Positions 1 through 10,603 of a stretch of DNA of 64,000 nt are shown here, piece after piece (within the stretch, counting starts at the first letter, position 1; each line of letters opens with the position of its first letter). Both the position numbers and the translations under genes were made by a program. Origin of the DNA: Candidatus Bathyarchaeia archaeon (GTDB lineage Archaea > Thermoproteota > Bathyarchaeia > 40CM-2-53-6); NCBI GenBank assembly GCA_049517415.1, contig JBEKSC010000008.1:22664-86663 (forward strand), in the 5' to 3' direction. The notes under the pieces are model-generated. The model worked only from the letters and a program-made list of their open reading frames with translations, was not told where the DNA came from and ran no database searches.

Positions 1-204
1 CTACTCTCAATGCTAGCATCTTTAGGTTTGGTGAAGAACCCTGTTGTGAGAGAACGAGTGGGTAAGAAACCTTGGATATGATATTAGTGATAGACAGACT
101 GAACAAGTGTGAGAGACCGTTCTCCGAACGAGAATGAACCATCTCCAATTTTCTCCTCGACACACAAAGCGACGCTGCCAGAATTAGATTCGGTCGTCCG
201 TCTA

Positions 205-233
205 GTGTGTGTGCGCACCATTAGACCCACACC
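205..233 (+). repeat. Dispersed hairpin repeat, copy 1 (GTGTGTGTGCGCACCATTAGACCCACACC)
   Basis: Intergenic. Shares GTGTGTGTG(CG)CACCATTAG with the copy at 63129-63159 on the minus strand. Confidence 0.6.
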
Positions 234-505
234 CTTTCTAACGACGCTGGTCCAAATTACGACTCTCGCAAGCACTAGGTCCACAATGAAGGAAAACGCG
301 ATAGTTGGACAGTTGAAATCACAGATAACGCAAATGGCGACTGCCAACTCTACAGGAGGCTGATTGGAATAATTTGATTGGATTGACGAAGAGTCTTACT
401 TCTTCGCCGATTGCTTAGCGTAGGCCGCCAAACCACCATCCGACACGCCATAATACTTAACCATTTGACTAAGCTTTTGCCATAAAGCTTTGCCAATTCA
501 AAGCG

Positions 506-1408
506 GTGCAGAATTTCTTGGAAAATCTAACCTTTCACACCTCAAAGATTGATAATTTCTCAGGCTTTTCAAAACCATTAGACGAGGCGCGCTACGTGGT
601 GGTAGGTGTCCCATACGATCACACAAGTACATATCGAGCGGGGTCACGTTTCGCCCCACGAACAATTCGCGATGCATCATTGAACATTGAGACCTATAGC
701 CTCCGAACGGCAATCGACATCGAAAACGTTCCAATACACGATGCAGGAGACCTGCATATAGTCGATAATGCTTCTGAAACACTCGACAGGCTAAAAGGGG
801 TTACAAAGGACATTCTAGCCCTTGGGAAGATGCCAGTCATCATCGGCGGAGAGCACACAATCACTCAAGCTCCAGTCCGTAGCCTTCCGCACCCTGTCGG
901 GGTTGTTAGTTTTGATGCCCACGGCGACCTGAGGGATGAATATGGTGGCGGAAAATTATCCCACGCCACAGTCTTGAGGCGCATTACCGAGATTGTTGGG
1001 ACGGATAGCGTTTTCGTATGCGGTCTGCGAGCCCTATGCAAAGAAGAGGTAGATTTTATTGAACTAGGGAAAGTCCAGACGATGACGCCATGGGAAATTA
1101 GGGAGAAAGGCTTAGCCAAGGCGACGGAACGCATCAAAGCCTTTGCTCAAAAGTTCAAACACACATACCTTACCATAGATACTGATGTCTTAGACCCAGC
1201 CTTTGCACCCGGGGTCGCAAACCCTGAATTCGATGGCTTAACGCCTCAGGAACTCCTGACACTAGCCACCGCTGTGGTTGACGAAAAAATGGTCGGCTTC
1301 GACCTCGTGGAGGTATGTCCAAACTATGATACCGGCGTCACTTCCGTAGCTGCCGCCCGTCTTATCTTCGAAGTTATCGCCAAAGCAGAGAAATCGAGAC
1401 AGCACTAA
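506..1408 (+). CDS. speB: Agmatinase (ureohydrolase family)
   Basis: GVPYD, GGEH, DAHGD, DTDVLDP and DLVEV ureohydrolase motifs. Confidence 0.9.
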   Translation: MQNFLENLTFHTSKIDNFSGFSKPLDEARYVVVGVPYDHTSTYRAGSRFAPRTIRDASLNIETYSLRTAIDIENVPIHDAGDLHIVDNASETLDRLKGVTKDILALGKMPVIIGGEHTITQAPVRSLPHPVGVVSFDAHGDLRDEYGGGKLSHATVLRRITEIVGTDSVFVCGLRALCKEEVDFIELGKVQTMTPWEIREKGLAKATERIKAFAQKFKHTYLTIDTDVLDPAFAPGVANPEFDGLTPQELLTLATAVVDEKMVGFDLVEVCPNYDTGVTSVAAARLIFEVIAKAEKSRQH

Positions 1409-2721
1409 TCGATTCTTTGTAATTTCGCTATGAAGTACCCATTGCATTCGTGTATGTGAGGGTAGAACCTCTGGCAGAGATCAAATCCCCTTAACCCAAT
1501 GGAACCCAAGAACGGCACTTGCCGGACTACTTTGAAGTCTGGATTTTTCTTTAGAAATTCTTCGATTATACATTCATTCTCTTCTGGCAGGATGCTGCAA
1601 GTACAATAGGCGAGGGTTCCGTTAGGCTTGACGTAATCCGATGCGTTCTGAATGATGGAGTATTGCCTCAATCCGTACTCACTTACGCGCGTGGGCGTGA
1701 GCTTCCATTTTCCGGCGGGGCTCCTTGCAAAAACTCCGCTGTTTGAGCATGGTGGGTCAACGATGACAACATCCGCGCTAGTCTTCAGGGGAAGCCTTCT
1801 CGCGTCAGCGCGGATGGGTCTTGCAATCTCGCATCCGCACCGCGCCATTTCCTTCTTCCAATACGCGAGTCTGCGGCCTGAAAGGTCGACCGAATAGATT
1901 TCGCCTCTATTCTGCATCTGGGCAGCTGCGTGGGTGGTTTTGTTCCCAGGTGCAGCGCATATGTCTATTACGATTTGCCCAGGCTTTGGGGAAGCGACGA
2001 GGCCGGCTGTAATGCTCGCCAAATCTTGCACAACTACGTCACCTGATTTGATGATCCGGGACGGCTGACCTTTCATCCCCAAACGAAAGACGCCATCGAC
2101 GCCTTCGACCTTCAAGCCTCCTAACTCTGCCGTCATTTCCGCTTGACTAACGGGCTTCAGTAAGTTTAGTCGGACGTAGGTAGGCATGGCATGCAAGTCC
2201 CGGCGCAGAATTCGGAGTGCAAAGCTTCTTCCAAAAACATTCACTAGCCGTTCGACGAACCAAACAGGATGGCAGGTTTCCAGAGAAAGCCTTTCGAATT
2301 CAGGCAAGGGATCCTTGGTAACTTTTCTTCCCGCAACGATTAGGGCGATTTGTTCCTCATGGATGCGGAGTTCCTTCCAACCTAAAATTTGCCGGGCCAA
2401 TTCCACGTGACGTTCCAGATCGCTTTGGCGCGTCCCATCAACATACTTGAGGTATGCGATAATTTTCAGGAAGCTCCTTATCCCGTGCGGAGTCCTCTCG
2501 ATTTCATCCTTGGAGACTACTTGTGAAATCATATGGTCAATTCGGTTTTGGAAACGAGTTGTTTCCATGATGAGTCGGTACGCTTGGCGGAGTTCATTCG
2601 CTTCCTTTACGTCCATCTGGTCAGCGGCCTTGAATAGGGCGGTTCTCTCTCCGGTGCCTGCGTAAGCCATCCAGCTCAGGGCTTCAATGGCTACTGCGAG
2701 GGAATTCTTCATCAAGGCCAT
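1405..2721 (-). CDS. RsmB/NOP2-family RNA m5C methyltransferase
   Basis: DICAAPGNKT SAM-binding motif; DPPCS and TCS catalytic Cys motifs; FYPH..GYFIA C-terminus. Confidence 0.9.
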   Translation of the reverse strand: MALMKNSLAVAIEALSWMAYAGTGERTALFKAADQMDVKEANELRQAYRLIMETTRFQNRIDHMISQVVSKDEIERTPHGIRSFLKIIAYLKYVDGTRQSDLERHVELARQILGWKELRIHEEQIALIVAGRKVTKDPLPEFERLSLETCHPVWFVERLVNVFGRSFALRILRRDLHAMPTYVRLNLLKPVSQAEMTAELGGLKVEGVDGVFRLGMKGQPSRIIKSGDVVVQDLASITAGLVASPKPGQIVIDICAAPGNKTTHAAAQMQNRGEIYSVDLSGRRLAYWKKEMARCGCEIARPIRADARRLPLKTSADVVIVDPPCSNSGVFARSPAGKWKLTPTRVSEYGLRQYSIIQNASDYVKPNGTLAYCTCSILPEENECIIEEFLKKNPDFKVVRQVPFLGSIGLRGFDLCQRFYPHIHECNGYFIAKLQRID

Positions 2722-3143
2722 ACAACCCCATTATCGCTAGTTTAACAGGCAATTATTTAGTGCGAGCTTCGCCATTCCGTTACGATACTGTCCGCTCAAT
2801 ATGTTGCATAATGCGCCGCCGACGATGTTGTAGGTTTGTTCAAACAACCTCGCCAGCAGGCTCGACAAGAATACTCGTCCACATTACGGGAAAGTAGAGA
2901 ACAGACACGGTCAGATTCGATAGCGCAAACGGCACTTGGCTCAGAGCTGGTTTTGGTCCGGGACGTGTGTGACGGAAAATCTGATAGAAAATGTAAGAGT
3001 ATATAAAGGGAACGCACTTGCCCAGTTTCGGGACTAGACCCTAGATGTCTTCCTATCTAAAATACGCGTCCAAACCGGGTTTTCTGGTAGATCAACAGCT
3101 CATAACTTCTGATAATGACACTGACGAAACAGAGGTCTAGCCT

Positions 3144-5753
3144 ATGTCGAAAACACTTGAAAGCTACTTTACGGAAAAGCGCGAGGAGATCAAACTGGCC
3201 CCGAGGCCTCTGGTCAAGCGGCAGAGCCTAGTCTTCTATCCGGCAATGCCAGCGTCAATCCCTCCATCATACTTGGTCTCCATAGGGTATGACGGGGATC
3301 TCAAGAAATGTTTTCTGCGTCTCTACGAACCTAAGTCGCATAAAATCTATTTTTGGTTTGACGACTCGGGTCACAAACCCTACTGTTACAGCAAGCAGTC
3401 GGTCGGGGAGCTTCAGAGAGTGGAGGCGGTAGCGAGGAACCCTGGGTTCGACCATTTCGAGGAGGAAACGAAGTTTGACGCGCTTCGGAGTGAGCAAGTT
3501 AAAGTGACGAAGATCGTCGCCAAAGACCCACTGACAATCGGTGGAAAACCTACCGGTTCAATGCGCGACGCCATAACCGCATGGGAAGCTGACATAAAGT
3601 ACGTCGAGAATTTCATCTATGACCGCGGGCTCGAACCTGGCATGATGTACGAGTTTAAAGACAAACAGTTGGCCGCGGTGAAATACGAACTACCGGAAGA
3701 AGCAGCGATGGAAATTGACAGTCTCTTCCGGGATGAATCTCAAGAGTACCAAGGCCTAGCAAGAGAATGGATGCGGCTCCTTGAGTGCCCCGTACCAGAG
3801 TACAGGAGGGCGGCCGTAGACATTGAAGTTTTTCAGGCCGTAGAGTCACGTATTCCCGATCCAGAATTATCGGAACATCCAGTAATTTGTGCAAGCCTAG
3901 TCGGATCCGATGGTGCCAAACGCGTACTCCTCTTACGACGAGAAGGGACTCCTGAGGGTCAGGCTTCGTTACCAACTGGCGTCGAATCGGAATTCTATGA
4001 CACCGAGGAAGAATTGTTAATCGCTCTATTCCAAGCTTTCCTGGATTATCCGATAGTAGTCACATTCAACGGTGACGATTTTGACCTGAAATACCTCTAC
4101 CACCGCGCTCAAAGGTTGGGTTTTAGAAATGAAGAAATTCCAATCGAGTTAGGCCGCGATGTCGCCTTTCTCAAGTATGGTGTCCATGTAGACCTCTACA
4201 AGTTCTTCTTCAACAGGTCTATCCAAATTTACGCGTTCGGCCAGAAGTACCGGGAGAACACGCTGGACGCTGTCGGCGCGGCGCTAATCGGCACTCCAAA
4301 GGTCGAAATAGAATCAGTCTCGAAAGCATCCTACAGGCAATTGGCCGCCTACTGCTATCGTGACTCCGAAATTGTCCTCAACCTGACTTCTTTCAACGAA
4401 GATTTGGTCATGAAGTTGATGACGGCGATATCACGAATCAGCTACATGACGCTGGACGATGTCTCAAGACAGGGAGTGTCGGGTTGGATTCGAAGCATAC
4501 TGTTCTGTCACCACCGCAAACGAGGATACTTGATTCCTAGGAGAGACGAGATTCTGGAGGTCAAAGGCCAAACTGCTACGGAAGCTGTGATTAAGGGCAA
4601 GAAGTACAAGGGCGCAATAGTTGTTGAACCTAAACCAGGCGTCCATTTCAACGTCGCAGTCCTCGACTTTGCATCACTGTACCCTTCTATCATCAAGGTC
4701 TGGAACCTCGGCTACGAGACAGTTCGCTGTCCACACGTGGACGAGGCTTGCAGGAAGAACCTAATCCCAGGAACGCCCCACTGGGTCTGCAAAAAGAAGC
4801 GGGGACTTGAAAGCCTGCTGATTGGTTCGCTTAGGGACCTGCGAGTTGGCAGGTACAAGGTCAAGTCGAAAGACCGTTCCTTACCACCGAACATGAAGAG
4901 TTGGTACAAAGTCGTATCCGATGCGCTGAAGGTGGTACTAAATGCCTCCTACGGTGTCTTCGGTGCGGATAATTTTGCGTTGTATTGTCCGCCTGTCGCC
5001 GAGGCCACTGCCGCAATAGGCAGGCACGTTATAACTCAAGCATTGCAGAAAGCGCAGGAACTTAATTTGGAAGTCTTCTACGGTGACACGGATTCCATAT
5101 TTCTTCAAGGCCAGGATAAAGTCTCGCTTAACAAGCTCATCGAATGGTCTACCAGCCAGCTCAGGATGGAGTTGGAAATCGACAAGAACTATCGTTACCT
5201 TGCCCTTAGTTCAAGGAAGAAGAACTACTTCGGCGTCCTGCCCGATGGAAGCGTAGACATCAAGGGATTGACAGGGAAAAAGCGGCATATTCCAGAGTTC
5301 TTGCACGGCGCCTTTTACGAAATGGTTTCGGCCCTGGCCGAAGTCAAATCGCCGGAAGACATCGACATTGCGAAAGCGAAAACAATTGATATCGTGAAAC
5401 GCAGTTACGTGAGACTGCGGAACAGGGAATACACGCTCCAGGAACTAGCCTTTTCAATGATGATGAGCAGAACCCCGGAAAATTACACAAAAACGACCCC
5501 GCAGCACGTGAAAGCGGCCAAGCAATTACAAGAAGCCGGCGCAGAAATGAAACCAGGCGATATTATATCCTTTGTCAAGGTACGGGGCGAGCCCGGAGTT
5601 AAGCCTGTGCAACTTGCTAGGCTAGAAGACGTAGACACTGAGAAATACATCGAATATATCCGGGGCACATTCGAGCAGGTACTTGACGCTTTAGGAGTCG
5701 AATTCGAAGATTTGGCTGGCGTAAAGAAACTGGAATCCTTCTTCAATGGGTAA
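3144..5753 (+). CDS. polB1: Family B DNA polymerase, crenarchaeal PolB1 type
   Basis: Exonuclease motifs DIE, FNGDDFD, YCYRD; polymerase motifs DFASLYPS, KxxxNAxYG, YGDTDS; C-terminal PIP-like KKLESFF; no intein. Confidence 0.95.
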   Translation: MSKTLESYFTEKREEIKLAPRPLVKRQSLVFYPAMPASIPPSYLVSIGYDGDLKKCFLRLYEPKSHKIYFWFDDSGHKPYCYSKQSVGELQRVEAVARNPGFDHFEEETKFDALRSEQVKVTKIVAKDPLTIGGKPTGSMRDAITAWEADIKYVENFIYDRGLEPGMMYEFKDKQLAAVKYELPEEAAMEIDSLFRDESQEYQGLAREWMRLLECPVPEYRRAAVDIEVFQAVESRIPDPELSEHPVICASLVGSDGAKRVLLLRREGTPEGQASLPTGVESEFYDTEEELLIALFQAFLDYPIVVTFNGDDFDLKYLYHRAQRLGFRNEEIPIELGRDVAFLKYGVHVDLYKFFFNRSIQIYAFGQKYRENTLDAVGAALIGTPKVEIESVSKASYRQLAAYCYRDSEIVLNLTSFNEDLVMKLMTAISRISYMTLDDVSRQGVSGWIRSILFCHHRKRGYLIPRRDEILEVKGQTATEAVIKGKKYKGAIVVEPKPGVHFNVAVLDFASLYPSIIKVWNLGYETVRCPHVDEACRKNLIPGTPHWVCKKKRGLESLLIGSLRDLRVGRYKVKSKDRSLPPNMKSWYKVVSDALKVVLNASYGVFGADNFALYCPPVAEATAAIGRHVITQALQKAQELNLEVFYGDTDSIFLQGQDKVSLNKLIEWSTSQLRMELEIDKNYRYLALSSRKKNYFGVLPDGSVDIKGLTGKKRHIPEFLHGAFYEMVSALAEVKSPEDIDIAKAKTIDIVKRSYVRLRNREYTLQELAFSMMMSRTPENYTKTTPQHVKAAKQLQEAGAEMKPGDIISFVKVRGEPGVKPVQLARLEDVDTEKYIEYIRGTFEQVLDALGVEFEDLAGVKKLESFFNG

Positions 5754-5759
5754 ATAAAA

Positions 5760-6506
5760 TTGATTCAGATAATTGGGCTAAGAAAGATTCCGCTCACCAA
5801 ACGCGGGGACAATATAGCCGATCAGATCGTTAACGCAGCCAGAGAGGAAGGCGCTCAAATCTCAAATAACGACATTTTGGTAATCGCGCAGAAAATCGTG
5901 TCCAAAGCCGAGGGAGGCGTTGTAGATTTGAAAAAGGTCAAGCCTACGGAAAAAGCGGAGGAACTCTCCAAGGCCTGCGGCAAGGATCCTAGACACGTAG
6001 AAACAATTCTGAGAGAAAGCGCGAAAATCGTGCGGCAGAATGGCCCTCATATCATCGTGCAAACTCGCCATGGTTTCGTGTGTGCGAACGCGGGTGTCGA
6101 CAGGTCGAATGTTGAAGATCCTGACTCAGTAGTTGTGCTCCCAGTTGACCCTGACGGATCAGCACGCAAAATAAGGGAACGAATCAGAGAACTCACCGGC
6201 CGAGACGTGGCTGTTATCATCTCCGACACGTTCGGGCGCGCCTGGCGAAATGGGCAAGTAAATGTAGCGATAGGCGTGGATGGATTACGGCCTATAATTG
6301 ATTACCGCGGATCCAAAGACATGTTCGGCTATGTTCTTAATGTAACCCAAATGGCCGTGGCGGATGAACTGGCTTCGGCCGCCGAATTGGTGATGAAGAA
6401 AAGAGATGGCGTTCCGGTTGCAATCATAAAGGGCGTCGATTACGCACACGGCAAGGGCTCAGTTCGTGAGCTCATACGGCCCGAGGAAGAGGACCTGTTT
6501 CGGTAA
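5760..6506 (+). CDS. cofE: Coenzyme F420-0:L-glutamate ligase
   Basis: KIVSKAEG, CANAGVDRSN, DTFGRAWRNG and ADELASAA motifs. Confidence 0.93.
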   Translation: MIQIIGLRKIPLTKRGDNIADQIVNAAREEGAQISNNDILVIAQKIVSKAEGGVVDLKKVKPTEKAEELSKACGKDPRHVETILRESAKIVRQNGPHIIVQTRHGFVCANAGVDRSNVEDPDSVVVLPVDPDGSARKIRERIRELTGRDVAVIISDTFGRAWRNGQVNVAIGVDGLRPIIDYRGSKDMFGYVLNVTQMAVADELASAAELVMKKRDGVPVAIIKGVDYAHGKGSVRELIRPEEEDLFR

Positions 6507-6583
6507 TTCACGGCTATCCAATAGGCTTTGGGAACGACCATTCGCAAGCTTAATTATTCCTAGACCTTTGTGTAGCTGAAACG

Positions 6584-7297
6584 GTGTCCTGCATGGAGTC
6601 ACTAAAACCGCCGGTGCCTGTTCAAGTTGCTGACATGCAGGCTTTCTCGCGGCTCGCACTCGGGTTAACGGAAGGCTCACAAATCCTCTGGTACTTCAAA
6701 CACAAAGGAAAACATGTCTTGGGACTGTTCACAGCCTACATGTACTGGGAAGGCGACCTCCCGATACTGGCCTACGCTTATTCGGATACCCCGCCGAAGG
6801 CCTTCCTCGCCTACAGAAGTGACTCAGTGAAAGGTGAAGAGTGGATGTTCACCGACGATGTAGATGATACTCGTTTCAGGTACGCCGCCTTCGTTGCATT
6901 GAAGACTGTTCCAGAAGCCTTCGCGCAGAGCCTGGACGGCAAATCACCCGAATTGACTCCGCCAATGCTCGCTGAAGTCGACGACCTCAAGTCAATCGCC
7001 AGAATCCTGCTCCCACTATCGCTCCGGGAGGGAACACTATTTCCGCTGTGGCACTTCATGCGGGGAAAGAAGCATATTATCGGTACATGTATTCCCTTCG
7101 AACATTACTACGAAGCAGATGCCCTGCCCGTCTTCTTTTACGTCTCCCAAGATGAAGCACCTGAAAAGAGTTTCATAAAGTACCTCGCGGTCAAACCGAG
7201 CGGCGAGAAAGTTGAATACTCGAACAACACAAGCGACGCCAAATACTTCTACGCAAAACTCATCGACGTGAAGGACCTACCGATTTTTCCCAAGTGA
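6584..7297 (+). CDS. Hypothetical protein made of two tandem ~110-aa homologous domains
   Basis: PP..V.D....R...LW.F...KH..G...LP...Y pattern occurs twice; ORF fits between cofE and pyrF. Confidence 0.75.
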   Translation: MSCMESLKPPVPVQVADMQAFSRLALGLTEGSQILWYFKHKGKHVLGLFTAYMYWEGDLPILAYAYSDTPPKAFLAYRSDSVKGEEWMFTDDVDDTRFRYAAFVALKTVPEAFAQSLDGKSPELTPPMLAEVDDLKSIARILLPLSLREGTLFPLWHFMRGKKHIIGTCIPFEHYYEADALPVFFYVSQDEAPEKSFIKYLAVKPSGEKVEYSNNTSDAKYFYAKLIDVKDLPIFPK

Positions 7298-7354
7298 CTG
7301 CGAGTTTCATGGATTTTATTAGCCCCTCTGCTCTCTTTCCATGGAGGTAGCTGG

Positions 7355-8104
7355 GTGTCTTTTAGCGAGAAGATACGGAAAACTGCAGAAGCGAACAGGA
7401 GCAGAACAGTTCTCGCATTAGATTTGGAAGAACACGACCCAAAACAGCTGGCGATAAAGAGTGAGAAGCTTCTTCAGAAGGTCGGCAAGCGCATCTGCGC
7501 GGTCAAGATTAACCGTCAATTGGTCATGTCATTAGGCATGCGCGGGGGGGTTGACAGGGTCGTCGAATTAGCACACGACCTTGCGCTGCCTGCCATAATG
7601 GATGCGAAGCTAAACGACGTCGGCCACACGAACGAATTCATGGCACGGTCATTCTTCGACATTGGTTTCGACGCCATCATAGCGAGCCCCGTTGTTGGAT
7701 GGGAAAACGGCTTAGACAGAGTGTTCGCCCAAGCTAATTCACGCGGAAGGGCAGTTATACTTCTCGTCTACATGAGTAATCCAGGCGCCGAGGCCTTCTA
7801 CTCATTAGTTGGGGTGCAGGGAGGAGAGCCACCAAAGCCGGTTTTCGAACTTTTGGCGGGGATGGCGGTCCAATGGAAGGCACAGGGAGTTGTAGTCGGC
7901 GCTACCAAGCCTGAGGTAATTTCACGAGTGCGTGAACTGGTTGGCCCAGGAATGGGGATTTACAGCCCGGGCGTCGGTGCCCAGGGAGGCGATCCTAGAC
8001 AGGCATTGGATGCCGGTTCAACTTACATTATAGTAGGACGAACGATTTACGGGTCTGCGGAACCTGAAAAGGCGGCTATGGAGTTCCAAGGCTTAGTCTC
8101 GTGA
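7355..8104 (+). CDS. pyrF: Orotidine-5'-phosphate decarboxylase
   Basis: LALD, DAKLNDVGHT (DxKxxDxxxT), VVGAT, PGVGAQGG and VGR motifs. Confidence 0.93.
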   Translation: MSFSEKIRKTAEANRSRTVLALDLEEHDPKQLAIKSEKLLQKVGKRICAVKINRQLVMSLGMRGGVDRVVELAHDLALPAIMDAKLNDVGHTNEFMARSFFDIGFDAIIASPVVGWENGLDRVFAQANSRGRAVILLVYMSNPGAEAFYSLVGVQGGEPPKPVFELLAGMAVQWKAQGVVVGATKPEVISRVRELVGPGMGIYSPGVGAQGGDPRQALDAGSTYIIVGRTIYGSAEPEKAAMEFQGLVS

Positions 8105-8344
8105 TTCATCATCATCCTACCATGTGACTAGCCGTCCACACCCCTTGTGTGGTGTCCCCAAATGGCCCCCCGCCCTGCCACACCGATCCAAAAGATGTCT
8201 AGCCATTCTATACGCCAAATCTGTGCATGCGGTGGGCATGGCCTGCACGGCCATTCCTTACGCCACGCCTTACTTGGAATATGTCAACTCCAAGACCAAG
8301 ATTTTTATTTACCTACATTTGTAGCCGCTTACTAGTGTTTTCTC

Positions 8345-8677
8345 ATGGGTGGGGCAAAAAAGAAGAGCCTAGCGCAGATGGAGAAGCAGCAGGATCAACA
8401 GGACTCCGACAAGAAACCTGAACCAGCAAAGAAATCGAAAGGAAAGACAGTAGCAGAGAAGAGGACCGCTGGAATAGGTCTTCCAAATTTCGACGACCCT
8501 AAATTCACCGGTGAACTCTCAAAGATGGCAGCCCTCACTCCCTACGCAATTGCCACGCAGTTCAACGTAAGAATCAGCGTTGCAAGGGACATCCTCGAGG
8601 AATTGGAGAGGCGCCGCCTGGTCAAATCGGTTGGCGGGAACGCGAGGATCAAAATCTACAAGCTAGCAGCAGCCTAG
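8345..8677 (+). CDS. rps25e: 30S ribosomal protein S25e
   Basis: MGGAKKKSL N-terminus; basic winged helix TPY.IA....VRISVA..IL. Confidence 0.9.
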   Translation: MGGAKKKSLAQMEKQQDQQDSDKKPEPAKKSKGKTVAEKRTAGIGLPNFDDPKFTGELSKMAALTPYAIATQFNVRISVARDILEELERRRLVKSVGGNARIKIYKLAAA

Positions 8678-9093
8678 ACTTTCTCAACTCGTATTTTTGT
8701 ACCACTCTTCAGCTTCGCAAATAGCTCCAGGTTACTAGTTATCTTTCCAACTAGATTGACGGGGCTGTAAGGCTGTGTTGCGCCGTAGAAGACGCACAAG
8801 GCTGAACCCATAGGCCAATATGCAATAGTCCCAACGTCAACGTTGCTCTTTGCCTTCTCAACACCTAGCCTCACAGGAGTTTCGAAATAGATTTCTTCCT
8901 TCCATCTTGCCGCGCGTCCTTCAAAAGGTAAAGCCTTGGCCAAATTATCAACAGTCATTGGACTCTGAAAACGAATTAATTCACCTTCGGCTTCGCCGAA
9001 ACCTTCTGCAACCAATCTAACCTTGTAACGGCTTACGTCGGTTTCCAGCGGTTTAGCGGTCAGTTCAGTAGGTGGTAACGAATTGGTAGACAT
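8674..9093 (-). CDS. Cyclophilin-like fold protein (TM1367/DUF369-like)
   Basis: LPF...RWKEEIYF; GTIAYWPMGSALCVFYG; SPVNLVG. Confidence 0.8.
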   Translation of the reverse strand: MSTNSLPPTELTAKPLETDVSRYKVRLVAEGFGEAEGELIRFQSPMTVDNLAKALPFEGRAARWKEEIYFETPVRLGVEKAKSNVDVGTIAYWPMGSALCVFYGATQPYSPVNLVGKITSNLELFAKLKSGTKIRVEKV

Positions 9094-9262
9094 GGCTTTT
9101 CCTCTACGAAGTCACTAGTCGTAGGAGAATCACATTTGGGGTTGCCTTCTTAAAAATTGGACATGTCAGAGCCCCGTTATGCCAAATGACCTTGAAATGT
9201 GTAGTTTTCTGACAAAAAGGATAACTACCGCCGTTTTCTAGCCGCCCGAGAGGCATCGTGAC

Positions 9263-10603
9263 TTGAGTGGTCGTGTTCGAACAATAATAATGGGGGCTGC
9301 TGGAAGAGACTTCCACAATTTCAACGTCTATTTCAGGAACAACCCAGACTACGAAGTGGTCGCCTTTACTGCCACACAGATCCCGGGAATCGAGGGACGC
9401 ACATACCCAACCGATCTTTCTGGGAAAATGTATCCGAACGGCATCCCAATTTTCCCTGAGGACGACCTGTCCAAGCTCATTAAAGAGAAGAATATCGACT
9501 TGGTCGTATTGGCTTACAGTGACCTCTCGTACGACGAAGTTATGCACAAAGCCTCTCAAGTCCTTGCGTCCGGTGCAGATTTCAGGTTGATGGGACCCAA
9601 AACGACGATGCTCAAGTCAAGATTGCCAGTGATCTCTGTCTGCGCGGTAAGAACCGGCGCTGGCAAGAGTACGGTCTCGCGCTCCGTTTCCAAGTCCCTA
9701 AAGAAAATTGCAGGCAGAGTTGTCGTCATTCGACATCCCATGCCATACGGAACTCTCTCGAACGAGATTTGCGAACGTTTCGCGACATACGACGACATGA
9801 AACGTCATGAGTGCACTATTGAAGAGCGTGAGGAATACGAACCTCACATCGACATTGGCAACATTGTATACGCAGGCGTTGACTACGAGAAGATCTTGCG
9901 TGAGGCTGAGAAGGAGGCAGATGTGATACTATGGGACGGCGGAAACAACGACCTGCCTTTCTACTATCCGGACCTTCAAATCGTGGTTGTTGACCCGCAA
10001 CGACCCGGGGATGAAGTTCGATATTACCCAGGGGAGGCTAACCTAAGAATGGCTGACGTTGTCCTCATAAACAAAGTCGACTCTTCAACACCCGAAGCCA
10101 TAGAGACTGTTCGGAAGAACGTGAAACGCGTAAGGCCTGAGGCAAAGGTTGTCGAAGCAGCCTCTGAGATTCAAGTTGACGACATCGCGCACATACGCGG
10201 TAAGAGGGTGGTTGCAATTGAGGACGGGCCAACAGTTACCCATGGCGGATTAAAGGAAGGAGTCGGTGCCCTAGCAGCAAGGAAGTACGGTGCAAAGGAA
10301 CTTATCGACCCCAGACCGTTCGCCGTAGGGTCGATCAAGCGAACATACGAGAAGTACCCTCACCTCGGCCAGGTATTGCCAGCCATGGGATATGGTGAGA
10401 AGCAGATCAAAGAACTGGAACAAACAATCGCAGCTATCGATTGCGATTCACTAATCTACGGGACACCGATTGATTTGAAGCGAATTATGAATGTGCCGAA
10501 ACCTGCGGTTAGAGTCCGGTACGAGATTCGCGAAACTACGAGGCCGACACTAGATGAAATCCTCAGTTCAATGCCTATTTTGGTGACGGCAAAGTCACGT
10601 TAG
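9263..10603 (+). CDS. COG2403 P-loop enzyme (often annotated cyclic 2,3-diphosphoglycerate synthetase or GTPase; arginine synthetase ArcE-like)
   Basis: MGAAGRDFHNFN, RTGAGKS P-loop, RHPMPYG, IEEREEYE, WDGGNND and EDGPT motifs. Confidence 0.85.
   Translation: MSGRVRTIIMGAAGRDFHNFNVYFRNNPDYEVVAFTATQIPGIEGRTYPTDLSGKMYPNGIPIFPEDDLSKLIKEKNIDLVVLAYSDLSYDEVMHKASQVLASGADFRLMGPKTTMLKSRLPVISVCAVRTGAGKSTVSRSVSKSLKKIAGRVVVIRHPMPYGTLSNEICERFATYDDMKRHECTIEEREEYEPHIDIGNIVYAGVDYEKILREAEKEADVILWDGGNNDLPFYYPDLQIVVVDPQRPGDEVRYYPGEANLRMADVVLINKVDSSTPEAIETVRKNVKRVRPEAKVVEAASEIQVDDIAHIRGKRVVAIEDGPTVTHGGLKEGVGALAARKYGAKELIDPRPFAVGSIKRTYEKYPHLGQVLPAMGYGEKQIKELEQTIAAIDCDSLIYGTPIDLKRIMNVPKPAVRVRYEIRETTRPTLDEILSSMPILVTAKSR

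Noticed and set aside
84..363. Overlapping ORFs 84-347 (-) and 109-363 (+)
   Set aside because: No recognisable motifs, and both span a non-coding repeat copy.
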